Source of the DNA: an uncultured Acidobacteriota bacterium
Lineage (GTDB): Bacteria > Acidobacteriota > Thermoanaerobaculia > Multivoradales > DATKCC01
Direction of reading: 5' to 3'
DNA: 64,000 bases
Assembly: GCA_963741925.1 (NCBI GenBank)
Contig: CAVUJU010000003.1
Span: forward strand, 79,281 to 143,280
Part shown: piece after piece, positions 6,862 to 15,931 of the stretch
Layout of the letters: each line of letters starts with the position of its first letter
How positions within the stretch are numbered: the first letter of the stretch is position 1
Notes under the pieces: generated by a model
What the model was told of the DNA's origin: nothing
Databases searched by the model: none
The model's input: only the letters and a program-made list of their open reading frames with translations
Position numbers and translations under genes: made by a program

Positions 6862-9204
6862 TCACGCGGCCTCCCGGGAGGCCGGACTCTCGTGCCCTTC
6901 CTGCCCGGGCGCGCGGTCCAGCTCGACCCCCCAGAGGCGGTCGAGGAGCGCCTCCCAGGACGCGTCGCGCGCCGTCTGCATCGCCCGGGCGGTCAGGCTC
7001 AGGCGCCGGGTCGGATGATCGACGAGGTCGGCCAGGGCGGCCGCCAGGGCCCCGGCCTCGGCGGGCACGACCCGGCCGCCGCCCTGGCGCTCGACGATCT
7101 CCCGCGGTCCGCCGAGGTCGGTCACCACCGCCGGCAGGCCGCAGGCCATGGCCTCGAGCACGGCGCTGCCGAAGGTGTCGGTGGTGCTCGGGAAGGCGAA
7201 GAGGTCGGAGCTGGCGTAGGCGGCGGCGAGATCCTCGCCGTGCAGGAACCCGGTGAAGCAGACGTCGGGCCGAGGGCGGCGCTTGCGGAGCTCGGCCAGG
7301 TAGGGCCCGTCGCCCACCAGGGCGAGCTGCGCCGGCCGGCCTCCGGCGCGCAGGCTCTCGAAGGCGTCGAGCAGCAGGTCGAGGTTCTTCTCCCGGGAGA
7401 TGCGTCCGACGTAGAGGAGCGTCGGCCCCGAATCGAGCCCGAAGCGCTTCCAGAAGCCCGGTTGCCGGCGGCCGGGATGGAACAGCTCGTCGTCGACGCC
7501 GCGGGGCATGATGGCGATCCGCGCGGGGTCGAAGCCGTGCTCGGCGAGGAGAGCTCCGTAGTGGCGGCTCGGCACGTAGAGGCGGTCGGCCTGGCCGAAG
7601 AACCAGCGCATGTAGGCCCAGGTCGAGGCTTCGAGGAACGGGTCCTCGGTCAGGTGCCGCACGTAGAGAGGGAAATCGGTGTGGTAGATCGCCGTCAGGC
7701 GCAGGCCCAGGAGGCGGGCGATGGCGAGGGCGGCGAGGCCGAGGGGGCCGGGCGTGCTCACGATCAGCTCGTCGAAGCGCTGGCGCTCGCAGTACTCGAT
7801 GATCTCGAGCACCGGCGGAACCGCCAGCTCGAGGCTCTCGTAGCCGGGGAGCGGGAAGCGGGCGAGCGCCTCGAAGGGCCGGAGGCGGGGGAGCGTCCCC
7901 GGCGCCAGGCGCTCCGGGCGGTCGCAAGTGATCGTCACCAGGTCGCGCCCGCGGCTCTCGGCCACCCGGCTCATCTGCTGGATCGTGCGCGCGACGCCGT
8001 TGACGTCCGCCAGCGTGTCGGTGACCCAGGCCTTGGGAGCGCCTCCCGCGGGCTCGAGCTCCGCCAGGTGATCGCCCAGCCGCCGCCGGACCTGGGCCAG
8101 GAGCTCCTCGTCCTTGTACTGCGTGCGGTAGGCGACCGCGTAGGGCGCCAAGGCGAGGGCCGCCGGCAGCAAGGCCGACACCGTGCCCACGGCGTCCCCG
8201 GGCCGCCCCAGCCGCAGCTTGAGCGCCGCCTTCCGGACGGTGCGCGCCAGCACCTCCGCGCAGGCCCGGTTGGCCCGGGCGAGGCCGGCGTGCTCGACCG
8301 GGCGCGGGGTGGCCTCGGGGCGCCACCAGCGCCGGCGCGGAACCCTGGCGGGGCGCGCGAGCGCCCGCAGCATCTGGGCGAACGGGTCGGTGCGGGAGAG
8401 CAGGTTGGGATCGAAGCGGTCGAGGAGATAGCGGTGAGAGATGGCGATCAGGCTCTGGGCCAGCCGCAGGGCCGAGCCGGGCACGCCACCGGGCTGGTGA
8501 TCGCCCGCGGCGAGGTGCACCAGGAAGTCGCGGACGGTGGCGGCGGGCGGGGTCTCGGTCCAGGTGGTGGCGATGTACAGGCCGCCGTGGTCGTCGCTGC
8601 CCCCGGTGAAGCGCTTGCGCCAGGGCTCGGAATCGCGCGGGTCGAGGCGGTGGCGCTCGGCGAGGTCGGCGAGGATCTCCGGGGTCAACCCCCCGAAGAT
8701 CTTGGCGGCGAGCTCGTTGAGGTGGCGGTCGTGGATGCCGTTGCGCGCCTCGAACCGCTTGAAGAGCACCAGCAGCTTCTCCACGTGCGCGAGGGTCAGG
8801 CGGTCGTTGACCCGGTAGAGGGGATGGGCCACCGAGTGGACGATCTGCTCGTCGTAGAAGTAGTCGCGCAGGGCGTAGACGTCGTGGCGCAGGCGCTGGA
8901 TCTCGGCGTGCTGGGCCTCGGTGACGCCGCTCACCAGGCAGTGGATCACGCAGCCGTCCTCGGGGAAGGAGACGGTCACCTCGGAGGAGAGGAAGACCCC
9001 CGGCAGGTGGGCGATCTCGAGGGCTCCGGCGACGGTGTCGTGGTCGCTGATGGTGACGAAGTCCATGCCCTGCGCGCGGCAGGCACGGTAGACCTCGAGC
9101 GGCTCGGTGAAGCTCTCCGGTGCCGCGATCCGGCGCAGGAGCCACTCGTCCGGCCGGTTGGAGTGTTTGGAGTGGACGTGCAGATCGACGCGGGCCGCGG
9201 TCAT
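6862..9204 (-). CDS. PHP-domain phosphoesterase fused to a family 4 (GT-B) glycosyltransferase
   Basis: ATG 9204 is preceded by GGAGGAG. N-terminus: VDLHVHSKHSNRPDEW...DFVTISDHDT...GGSDDHGG (PHP). C-terminus: LLYVGRISREKNLDLLL, FTGFLHGEDL, FPSTTDTFGSAVLEAMACGLPAV (GT4 EX7E region). Confidence 0.8.
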   Translation of the reverse strand: MTAARVDLHVHSKHSNRPDEWLLRRIAAPESFTEPLEVYRACRAQGMDFVTISDHDTVAGALEIAHLPGVFLSSEVTVSFPEDGCVIHCLVSGVTEAQHAEIQRLRHDVYALRDYFYDEQIVHSVAHPLYRVNDRLTLAHVEKLLVLFKRFEARNGIHDRHLNELAAKIFGGLTPEILADLAERHRLDPRDSEPWRKRFTGGSDDHGGLYIATTWTETPPAATVRDFLVHLAAGDHQPGGVPGSALRLAQSLIAISHRYLLDRFDPNLLSRTDPFAQMLRALARPARVPRRRWWRPEATPRPVEHAGLARANRACAEVLARTVRKAALKLRLGRPGDAVGTVSALLPAALALAPYAVAYRTQYKDEELLAQVRRRLGDHLAELEPAGGAPKAWVTDTLADVNGVARTIQQMSRVAESRGRDLVTITCDRPERLAPGTLPRLRPFEALARFPLPGYESLELAVPPVLEIIEYCERQRFDELIVSTPGPLGLAALAIARLLGLRLTAIYHTDFPLYVRHLTEDPFLEASTWAYMRWFFGQADRLYVPSRHYGALLAEHGFDPARIAIMPRGVDDELFHPGRRQPGFWKRFGLDSGPTLLYVGRISREKNLDLLLDAFESLRAGGRPAQLALVGDGPYLAELRKRRPRPDVCFTGFLHGEDLAAAYASSDLFAFPSTTDTFGSAVLEAMACGLPAVVTDLGGPREIVERQGGGRVVPAEAGALAAALADLVDHPTRRLSLTARAMQTARDASWEALLDRLWGVELDRAPGQEGHESPASREAA

Positions 9205-9510
9205 GCTCTCCTCCAGATCGGCTGGGCCTCTGATTCGGTCGGCCCGGGTGCCCCGATGGCACTCGGGACCTGACCTCAGCCTAGGGAGCGGGACCGCCCA
9301 GACCGTGACGTTCTGGTGGCAGGAGCGTGAATTCCGCCGTCCTGCCGCGGGCCCTGGCCCGTGTCGTGACCGAGTCGTCGCCCCGCCGCGGCCGAGCGGC
9401 CCAGGCGCGCGAGCAGGGCCCGCCCCTCCGAGTCGGGAAGGTCGCGGGGGGGGGGGTGGGGCGGGCCGGAGCCGAAACCGCCGGCCCCGGCTCGCGAAGT
9501 GCCGGTACTC

Positions 9511-9671
9511 GTGACCCGTCAACCGTCAAGTGACCGGGTACCTGGCGAGGATTTCGCGTCGCTGGCCAGGCGCTCCGACGCAGGCGTAGCGGTGCCTACG
9601 TCGAGGAGGAGCAACGCGGCCAGCGGCGGGAGGGACCGCCAGGACACGTCACTTGACGGTTGACGGGTCAC
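9511..9671. repeat. Rod-like palindromic element (24-bp perfect arms, 113-nt imperfectly self-complementary spacer)
   Basis: GTGACCCGTCAACCGTCAAGTGAC (9511-9534) is the exact reverse complement of 9648-9671. Inner pairs are CCTGGCG/CGCCAGG and GCTGGCC/GGCCAGC, with an apical hairpin GGCGTAG-CGGTGC-CTACGTC at the centre. The right arm touches the stop of the Spy-like gene. Confidence 0.8.
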
Positions 9672-10210
9672 TAGGAGCCCATGGCCATCGCGCCGCCGCC
9701 GCCCGGCCGGCGGTGGCGGGGGCCGAAGGCCCGGCGGACCTCCTTCAAGATCTCCCAGCGCTCGGCCTGGGCCGGGGTGAGGAGGGCGGTGAAGGCGGTG
9801 TCGAAGCCGTCCCGGGCGGCCTTCACCTGGTCGCGGACGCCCCGGATCTGGATCACCAGGGCGCCGACCTGGGCGGCGTCGGGGTCGGCGCCCTCGAGCA
9901 GGTCGCCGAGCTGCCGGTGGAGCGTCGTCTCCTGCTCGCGCAGGGGTCGGACCGTCGTCCGGAGCTCGTCGAGGAGGGCCTTGGTCTGGTCGACCTGGTC
10001 GGCGGTGAGGTCGAGGAAGTCGGCGATGGGGCCGAGGGGGAAGTGGTGCGCTTCGGCGGTCTGGCCGTGGGGGCCTCCGGCCCCGGGCGGCAGCGCCCGG
10101 AGCGGCAGCGCGCACAGGACGAGCAGGGCGGCGACGGTGCAGAGGGCGGTCCGGGTCCGGACTCGGGTCCGGCCGGGGGCGGTGGGTCGGGAGCGGATCA
10201 TCGAGGACAT
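9671..10210 (-). CDS. Periplasmic Spy/CpxP-family (LTXXQ motif) protein
   Basis: C-terminal part of ORF 9671..12469. Signal peptide (ALCTVAALLVLCALPLRA) and two LTXXQ motifs (LTADQ, LTPAQ). AAGGAG lies at the first ATG. The second ATG at 10201 is an equally plausible start. Confidence 0.65.
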   Translation of the reverse strand: MSSMIRSRPTAPGRTRVRTRTALCTVAALLVLCALPLRALPPGAGGPHGQTAEAHHFPLGPIADFLDLTADQVDQTKALLDELRTTVRPLREQETTLHRQLGDLLEGADPDAAQVGALVIQIRGVRDQVKAARDGFDTAFTALLTPAQAERWEILKEVRRAFGPRHRRPGGGGAMAMGS

Positions 10211-10378
10211 CTCCTTTCGGTTCGTCGGCGGGGGCGGACGGTGCGTCGCCCCTTCGCCGGGTGGAACCCGCGGCGCGGCCGTTTCTTGCGCCGACCGGCG
10301 GGGACCCGGGCCGCCTGGTAGACTGCGCCCTCGAACCGACCGTCCGACCTGCCAGCCGTCGATGGACGGCAGCCGCCC

Positions 10379-12205
10379 GTGCTGAGAGTCATCTACGACG
10401 CCGCCCCCGCCGCCCCGCCGGGCGCGAGCCCGCCGCTCGCCGAGGCGCCGGCTACCTTCGCCGGAGGCTTTTACGCCGAGGAGCGCGAGGACTCGGAGGC
10501 CTTCCGCTGGATGGCCCTCGGCGGACGCCTCGGCTTCCCGGAGGCGCCGCCCGGCGCGGCGCTCGAGATGGGGGTGTTCTCCCCGTTCTACGACCTGTTG
10601 CAGACCCTCTCCGTCGAGGTCGGCGGCGAGCGCCACTCGCTCGAGCTGGTCCACGGCTGGGGCCAGGTCTCCGTGCCGGTGCCGGCCGGCGCGACCGAGG
10701 CGCGCCTCGTCGCGTCGAAACCGCTGCCCGCGGCCCATCACCCGGGCGATCCCCGGGAGCTCGCCGTGCGCGTCCGCTCCCCCCGGCTCCGCGCCGACCG
10801 GGCGCGTCACCTGAGCGTCGTCCGCCAGCACGCCAACGCCGTCCTCAACCTGCGCGAGATGCTCGAAGGCCGCGGCGAGCTCGCCTCGACCCCGACCAGC
10901 CTGGGCATCGACCTCCACGGCGTGTGCAACGTCAAGCCGCCGTGCGTCTACTGCGACTGGGACGCGAGCAAGGAGCTCGAGGGCGACGCCGTCGACGTGC
11001 CGTTCACCCGCGAGACGCTCGAGGAGTGGGGCGAGCTCTTCGAGAACGCCGCCGGGCTGGTCAACTGCTCGATCGGCGAGCCGTTCATGATGAAGGACCT
11101 GGACCGGGTGCTCGACGCCTTCGGCGAGCAGGGCAAGAGCCTGGAGATGGCGACCAACGGCCAGATCTTGACCGACCGGAACATCGAGAAGCTGCTGGGC
11201 CGGCGGATCCACCTCTACATCTCCCTCGACGCCGCCACCGCCGACACCTACGCCCGGCTGCGCAACGACAAGTTCGACCGCATCCTCGCCAACCTGCGCC
11301 GGCTGATCGCCGCCAAGGGGGGCCGGGACGGGCTGCCCAAGGTCCACATGGTGTTCATGCCCATGCGCGCCAACGTCCACGAGCTCGAGGCGTTCGTGCG
11401 CCTGTGCGCCGAGCTGGGGGTGGACCGGATGGTGCTGCGCCCGCTCAACTACAACGAGGCGACCGGCCTCGACTGGGTGAGGAACGGCTACCACTTCCGC
11501 TATGCCGACGAGCTCCTGCCCTGGGACGAGCTGGTGCGGGTGAGCGGCCGGGCGACGGAGCTTTGCCGGCGCCACGGCGTGGAGCTCTCGGACCAGATGG
11601 ACTTCGGCGGCATGGCGATGGCGACGGGGTTCGCCGCCGAGTACGAGCGCGGGCGCCGGGAGGCGGCGCTGCCGGACGCGGCGGCGGCGCCCGCGGGCCC
11701 GCCACGCCCGGAGGCCGAGCCGGCGCGCGCGGCCCCGGCTCCGCAGGGTTCTGGGATCCCGGCGCCGGCGGCCGGCGCGGCCCCGGCGCCGCCCGAGCCG
11801 CTGCCGTCGCTCGGCGAGGAGCGCCTGCCGGTCTGCCTCGAGCCCTGGAAGAGCCTCTACGTCCTGCGCCGGGGCATCCTGCCATGCTGTCACGGCTCGG
11901 CACCGCTCGCCGCCATGAACGAGTACCGCGAGACCTGGAACTCGCCCACCCTCCAGGGGATCCGGCGCGAGCTCGCCGCCGGCCGCTTCCACGAGTACTG
12001 CCTGAGCTCGGAGTCCTGCCCGATCGTCCGCAAGTGGCGCCACGCGACGCCGCCCGGCCGCTCGGACCGCGCCTTCCTGGCCTTGAAGCGCCTCTGGCAC
12101 GGCGTGGACCGCCTGGGCTTCGGCCTCCCCAAGCGCCTCGCCCGGCCGCTGCGCTCGCGGCTCCTCGCCCTCGCCCGCCGGGCGTCCGAGCTGGCCGGCG
12201 AGTGA
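10379..12205 (+). CDS. Radical SAM/SPASM-domain enzyme with ~170-aa N-terminal extension
   Basis: ORF 10379..12205 (GTG start). Cys cluster CNVKPPCVYC, then GEPFMM, MATNGQILT and YISLDAAT (radical SAM core). Cys-rich C-terminus: CLEPWKSLYVLRRGILPCCHG...CLSSESCP (SPASM-like). Confidence 0.75.
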   Translation: MLRVIYDAAPAAPPGASPPLAEAPATFAGGFYAEEREDSEAFRWMALGGRLGFPEAPPGAALEMGVFSPFYDLLQTLSVEVGGERHSLELVHGWGQVSVPVPAGATEARLVASKPLPAAHHPGDPRELAVRVRSPRLRADRARHLSVVRQHANAVLNLREMLEGRGELASTPTSLGIDLHGVCNVKPPCVYCDWDASKELEGDAVDVPFTRETLEEWGELFENAAGLVNCSIGEPFMMKDLDRVLDAFGEQGKSLEMATNGQILTDRNIEKLLGRRIHLYISLDAATADTYARLRNDKFDRILANLRRLIAAKGGRDGLPKVHMVFMPMRANVHELEAFVRLCAELGVDRMVLRPLNYNEATGLDWVRNGYHFRYADELLPWDELVRVSGRATELCRRHGVELSDQMDFGGMAMATGFAAEYERGRREAALPDAAAAPAGPPRPEAEPARAAPAPQGSGIPAPAAGAAPAPPEPLPSLGEERLPVCLEPWKSLYVLRRGILPCCHGSAPLAAMNEYRETWNSPTLQGIRRELAAGRFHEYCLSSESCPIVRKWRHATPPGRSDRAFLALKRLWHGVDRLGFGLPKRLARPLRSRLLALARRASELAGE

Positions 12206-12238
12206 GGGACCGCCCGGCCGCCTCACGGGCGGGTCGCC

Positions 12239-12301
12239 CTCGCACTTGGGCTGGTCGCCCTGCCTCATGGGCTGGCCGCCCTCGCTCATGGGCTGGCCGC
12301 C
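12239..12301. repeat. 21-bp tandem repeat x3 (CT-C-TCATGGGCTGGCCGCC)
   Basis: Units at 12239-12259, 12260-12280 and 12281-12301, with partial copies on both sides. Confidence 0.7.
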
Positions 12302-12313
12302 CTCCGCACGCGT

Positions 12314-12346
12314 GAAGCGGCCGAGCTCCGTCTCGGCCGGGCGAAC
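12314..12346 (+). repeat. 33-nt hairpin repeat (REP2 family) GAAGCGGCCGAGCTCYGYCTCGGCCGGGCGAAC
   Basis: The stem is GGCCGAG/CTCGGCC. The same element occurs at 23187-23213 (inverted), 23249-23281 and 34500-34532 (inverted), with a partial copy at 34419-34433. Confidence 0.75.
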
Positions 12347-12437
12347 GGCGAGGTCGCCGCCGAACGCTTCCCCGCCCGGACCCTGTGATAGCTTTTCCCT
12401 CGGCCCGTGGCCCTCCGCCGCGGGCTCTTCCACCACC

Positions 12438-13562
<1,125 letters not shown>

Positions 13563-13686
13563 GACGCCGGGGCCCGTCCCTACCCGGCGGGTGGGGGCGG
13601 CGGTTCCGATCGGCGATATGATCGCAGCGGTCGCCGACGCCCCGGGCAACAGGCAGCGACCGAATCCCAACCGAGGAGGAGAGAGC

Positions 13687-14073
13687 ATGTACCCGAGCGA
13701 TTATCTCTACTCGCGCGACCACGAATGGGTCCGGGTCGAGGGCGACACCTGCGTCCTCGGGATCACGGAGCACGCCCAGGAGGAGCTCGGCGAGATCGTG
13801 TTCGTGGAGCTGCCCGAGGAGGGACAGAGCTTCAACGCCACCGACGAGGTGGGAACGATCGAGTCGGTCAAGGCCGTGGCGGAGGTCTATACGCCGGTCT
13901 CGGGCGACGTGACCGAGGTCAACTCCGCCCTCGAGGACGAGCCGGAGCTGGTCAACGACGATCCCCACGGCGACGGCTGGCTGGTCAAGCTGCGGATCGA
14001 CTCGAAGTCGCAGCTCGACGACCTGATGAACGCCGAGCAGTACGAGGAGTACCTCGCCAGTGGCGAAGAGTGA
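13687..14073 (+). CDS. gcvH: Glycine cleavage system H protein
   Basis: ATG 13687 after GGAGGAGAG. YSRDHEWVRVEGD, lipoyl-lysine motif IESVKAV, DPHGDGWL. Confidence 0.92.
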   Translation: MYPSDYLYSRDHEWVRVEGDTCVLGITEHAQEELGEIVFVELPEEGQSFNATDEVGTIESVKAVAEVYTPVSGDVTEVNSALEDEPELVNDDPHGDGWLVKLRIDSKSQLDDLMNAEQYEEYLASGEE

Positions 14074-15469
14074 TCCCGCCCACCGCTACCTCCCGGTCGG
14101 CGAGCTGGACCGCCGGGAGATGCTCGAGACGATCGGCGTGGGCTCGGTCGACGAGCTCTTCGCGAGCCTCGGCGACCTGCTCCTCGACGCGCCGGTCGAG
14201 CTGCCCGGCCCCCTCTCCGACGGCGAGCTCCGGGGGTACTTCCACCGCCTGGAGCGCATGAACCGGGTCCCGGGCCGGGACCTGGTGAGCTTCCTGGGCG
14301 CCGGCGCCTACCGCCACCAGACCCCGGCGGTGGTCGACCAGCTCCTGCTGCGCGGAGAGTTCCTGACCGTCTACACCCCGTACCAGCCGGAGATCAGCCA
14401 GGGGACGCTCCAGGCGATCTTCGAGTTCCAGACCTTCATCTCGCTCCTGACCGGCCTCGACGTGGCCAACGCCTCGCTCTACGAGGGTGCGAGCGCCTTC
14501 GCCGAGGCCGTGCTCATGGCCGACCGGATCCAGAGGAAGCGGCGCAAGGTCGTGGTCTCCCGGGGCGTCCACCCGCACTACCGTCAGACCCTCGCCTCCT
14601 ACGCCCGGAACCTCGAGCTCGAGATCGTCGAGGTGGGCTGGGACGCGAGCGGGGCGACCGACGCCGCGGCCCTCGAGGCGGCGGTCGACGACGCCACGAT
14701 CTGCGTCGCCGTCCAGAGCCCGAACTACTTCGGCGTCGTCGAGCCCTGGGGGCGGGCGAGCGAGATCGCGCACCGCGCGGGCGCCCTATCGGTGGCGGTG
14801 GTCACCGAGGCGCTGTCGCTGGCTCTCCTCGAGAGCCCCGGTGCCGGCGGCTGCGACATCGCGGCGGGCGAGGGCCAGTCCTTCGGCCTGCCCGTCTCCT
14901 TCGGCGGCCCCTACCTCGGCTTCCTGGCGGCGCGCGACGAGCACAAGCGCGCCATGCCGGGGCGGCTCGCCGGCCAGACCGTCGACTCGGCCGGCGAACG
15001 GGCCTTCGTGCTGACCCTCTCGACCCGCGAGCAGCACATCCGGCGCGAGAAGGCGACCTCGAACATCTGCACCAACCAGGCGCTCTGCGCCCTGGGCGCC
15101 ACCCTCTACCTCGCGCTCCACGGCAAGGTCGGCCTCCGGCGCCTGGCCGAGATCAACCTGCAGCGCGCGACGGCCCTCGCGCAGCGGATCGCCGGGCTCG
15201 GCGAGGGCTTCGGCCTGCCCTTCGGCGGGCCGACCTTCAACGAGCTCACCGTGCGCTCGGCCGAGCCGGTGGCGCCGCTGCTCGCCGAGCTCGAGGCCGA
15301 GGGCCTGCTCGCCGGCGTGCCGCTCGCGCCCGACTACCCGGAGCTCGAGGACTCGTTCCTGGTCGCCGTGACCGAGGACAACCCGCCGGAGGACCTCGAC
15401 CGCCTGGTCGGCGCCCTCGGCGCCCGCTCGGCAGCGCGCGAGCCGGCGTCGGCCCACGTCGGCCTCTAG
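14060..15469 (+). CDS. gcvPA: Glycine dehydrogenase (decarboxylating) subunit 1
   Basis: ORF 14060..15469 (GTG start overlapping the gcvH end). FLGAGAYRH, YTPYQPEISQGTLQAIFEFQT, TREQHIRREKATSNICTNQAL. Confidence 0.9.
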   Translation: MAKSDPAHRYLPVGELDRREMLETIGVGSVDELFASLGDLLLDAPVELPGPLSDGELRGYFHRLERMNRVPGRDLVSFLGAGAYRHQTPAVVDQLLLRGEFLTVYTPYQPEISQGTLQAIFEFQTFISLLTGLDVANASLYEGASAFAEAVLMADRIQRKRRKVVVSRGVHPHYRQTLASYARNLELEIVEVGWDASGATDAAALEAAVDDATICVAVQSPNYFGVVEPWGRASEIAHRAGALSVAVVTEALSLALLESPGAGGCDIAAGEGQSFGLPVSFGGPYLGFLAARDEHKRAMPGRLAGQTVDSAGERAFVLTLSTREQHIRREKATSNICTNQALCALGATLYLALHGKVGLRRLAEINLQRATALAQRIAGLGEGFGLPFGGPTFNELTVRSAEPVAPLLAELEAEGLLAGVPLAPDYPELEDSFLVAVTEDNPPEDLDRLVGALGARSAAREPASAHVGL

Positions 15470-15931
15470 GCGTTTCATGAGGGCGAAATCGTGAGCAACG
15501 AGCCGAGTCTTGGCAGACCCGCGAGAGCGGGAGGGGGCGTCCCCTTCCCCCCCCGTGGGGCGGGAAGGGGATCGAGGGGTTGCGGGGGGCACCCGGTCAA
15601 TCGTCCCCTTCCCCCCCCGTGGGGCGGGAAGGGGATCGAGGGGTTGCGGGGGGCACCCGGTCAATCGTCCCCTTCCCCCCCGTGGGGCGGGAAGGGGATC
15701 GAGGGGTTGCGGGGGGCACCCGGTCAATCGTCCCCTTCCCCCCCCGTGGGGCGGGAAGGGGATCGAGGGGTTGCGGGGGGCACCCGATGAATCCATCGCT
15801 CTGGAGTCGCCGTTCGGATGAGCGCAGGCTCGACCGGTCGACGTGGGCGGGGGGCCAGCAACTCACGAAGGCCCGGACGCTCGAGAGGCCTCGTCGGTTT
15901 GAGGCGAAGCTTTGTTAGCGGGGAGACCATC
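15470..15931 (+). repeat. Composite intergenic repeat, copy B (left flank + 4 tandem G-rich core units ~15533-15786, period 64/64/63 + ~150-nt right flank)
   Basis: The unit restarts (CGTCCCCTTCC) at 15538, 15602, 15666 and 15729. The flanks are homologous to 1322..1592. It occupies the whole gcvPA-gcvPB spacer. Confidence 0.85.

Noticed and set aside
9511-9671. Integron attC-like recombination sites for the palindromic elements.
   Set aside because: The arms do not fit the RYYYAAC/GTTRRRY core sites, there are no extrahelical-base asymmetries, and no integrase or cassette structure is nearby.
12246-12310. Possible RiPP precursor next to the radical SAM/SPASM gene: the 21-bp tandem repeat translates as LMGWPPS x3.
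   Set aside because: There is no ribosome-binding site and no stop codon, and the frame runs straight into gcvT. The periodicity is at the DNA level and it is followed by a REP2 hairpin. It looks like a non-coding tandem repeat.
15533-15786. CRISPR array (also considered for 32139-32453).
   Set aside because: The units are directly adjacent with no unique spacers. The period is 63-64 bp with near-identical units, and there are no cas genes in the window.
15786-15931. Glycine riboswitch in the gcv operon (CTCTGGAG and CGCAGGC strings upstream of gcvPB; also looked upstream of gcvT at 12206-12437).
   Set aside because: The conserved aptamer cores (GGAGAG...ACCGAAGGGGCAA...CTCAGGCAAAAGGAC) are absent. 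The same 150-nt sequence also precedes the unrelated phoU-like gene, so it belongs to the composite repeat.
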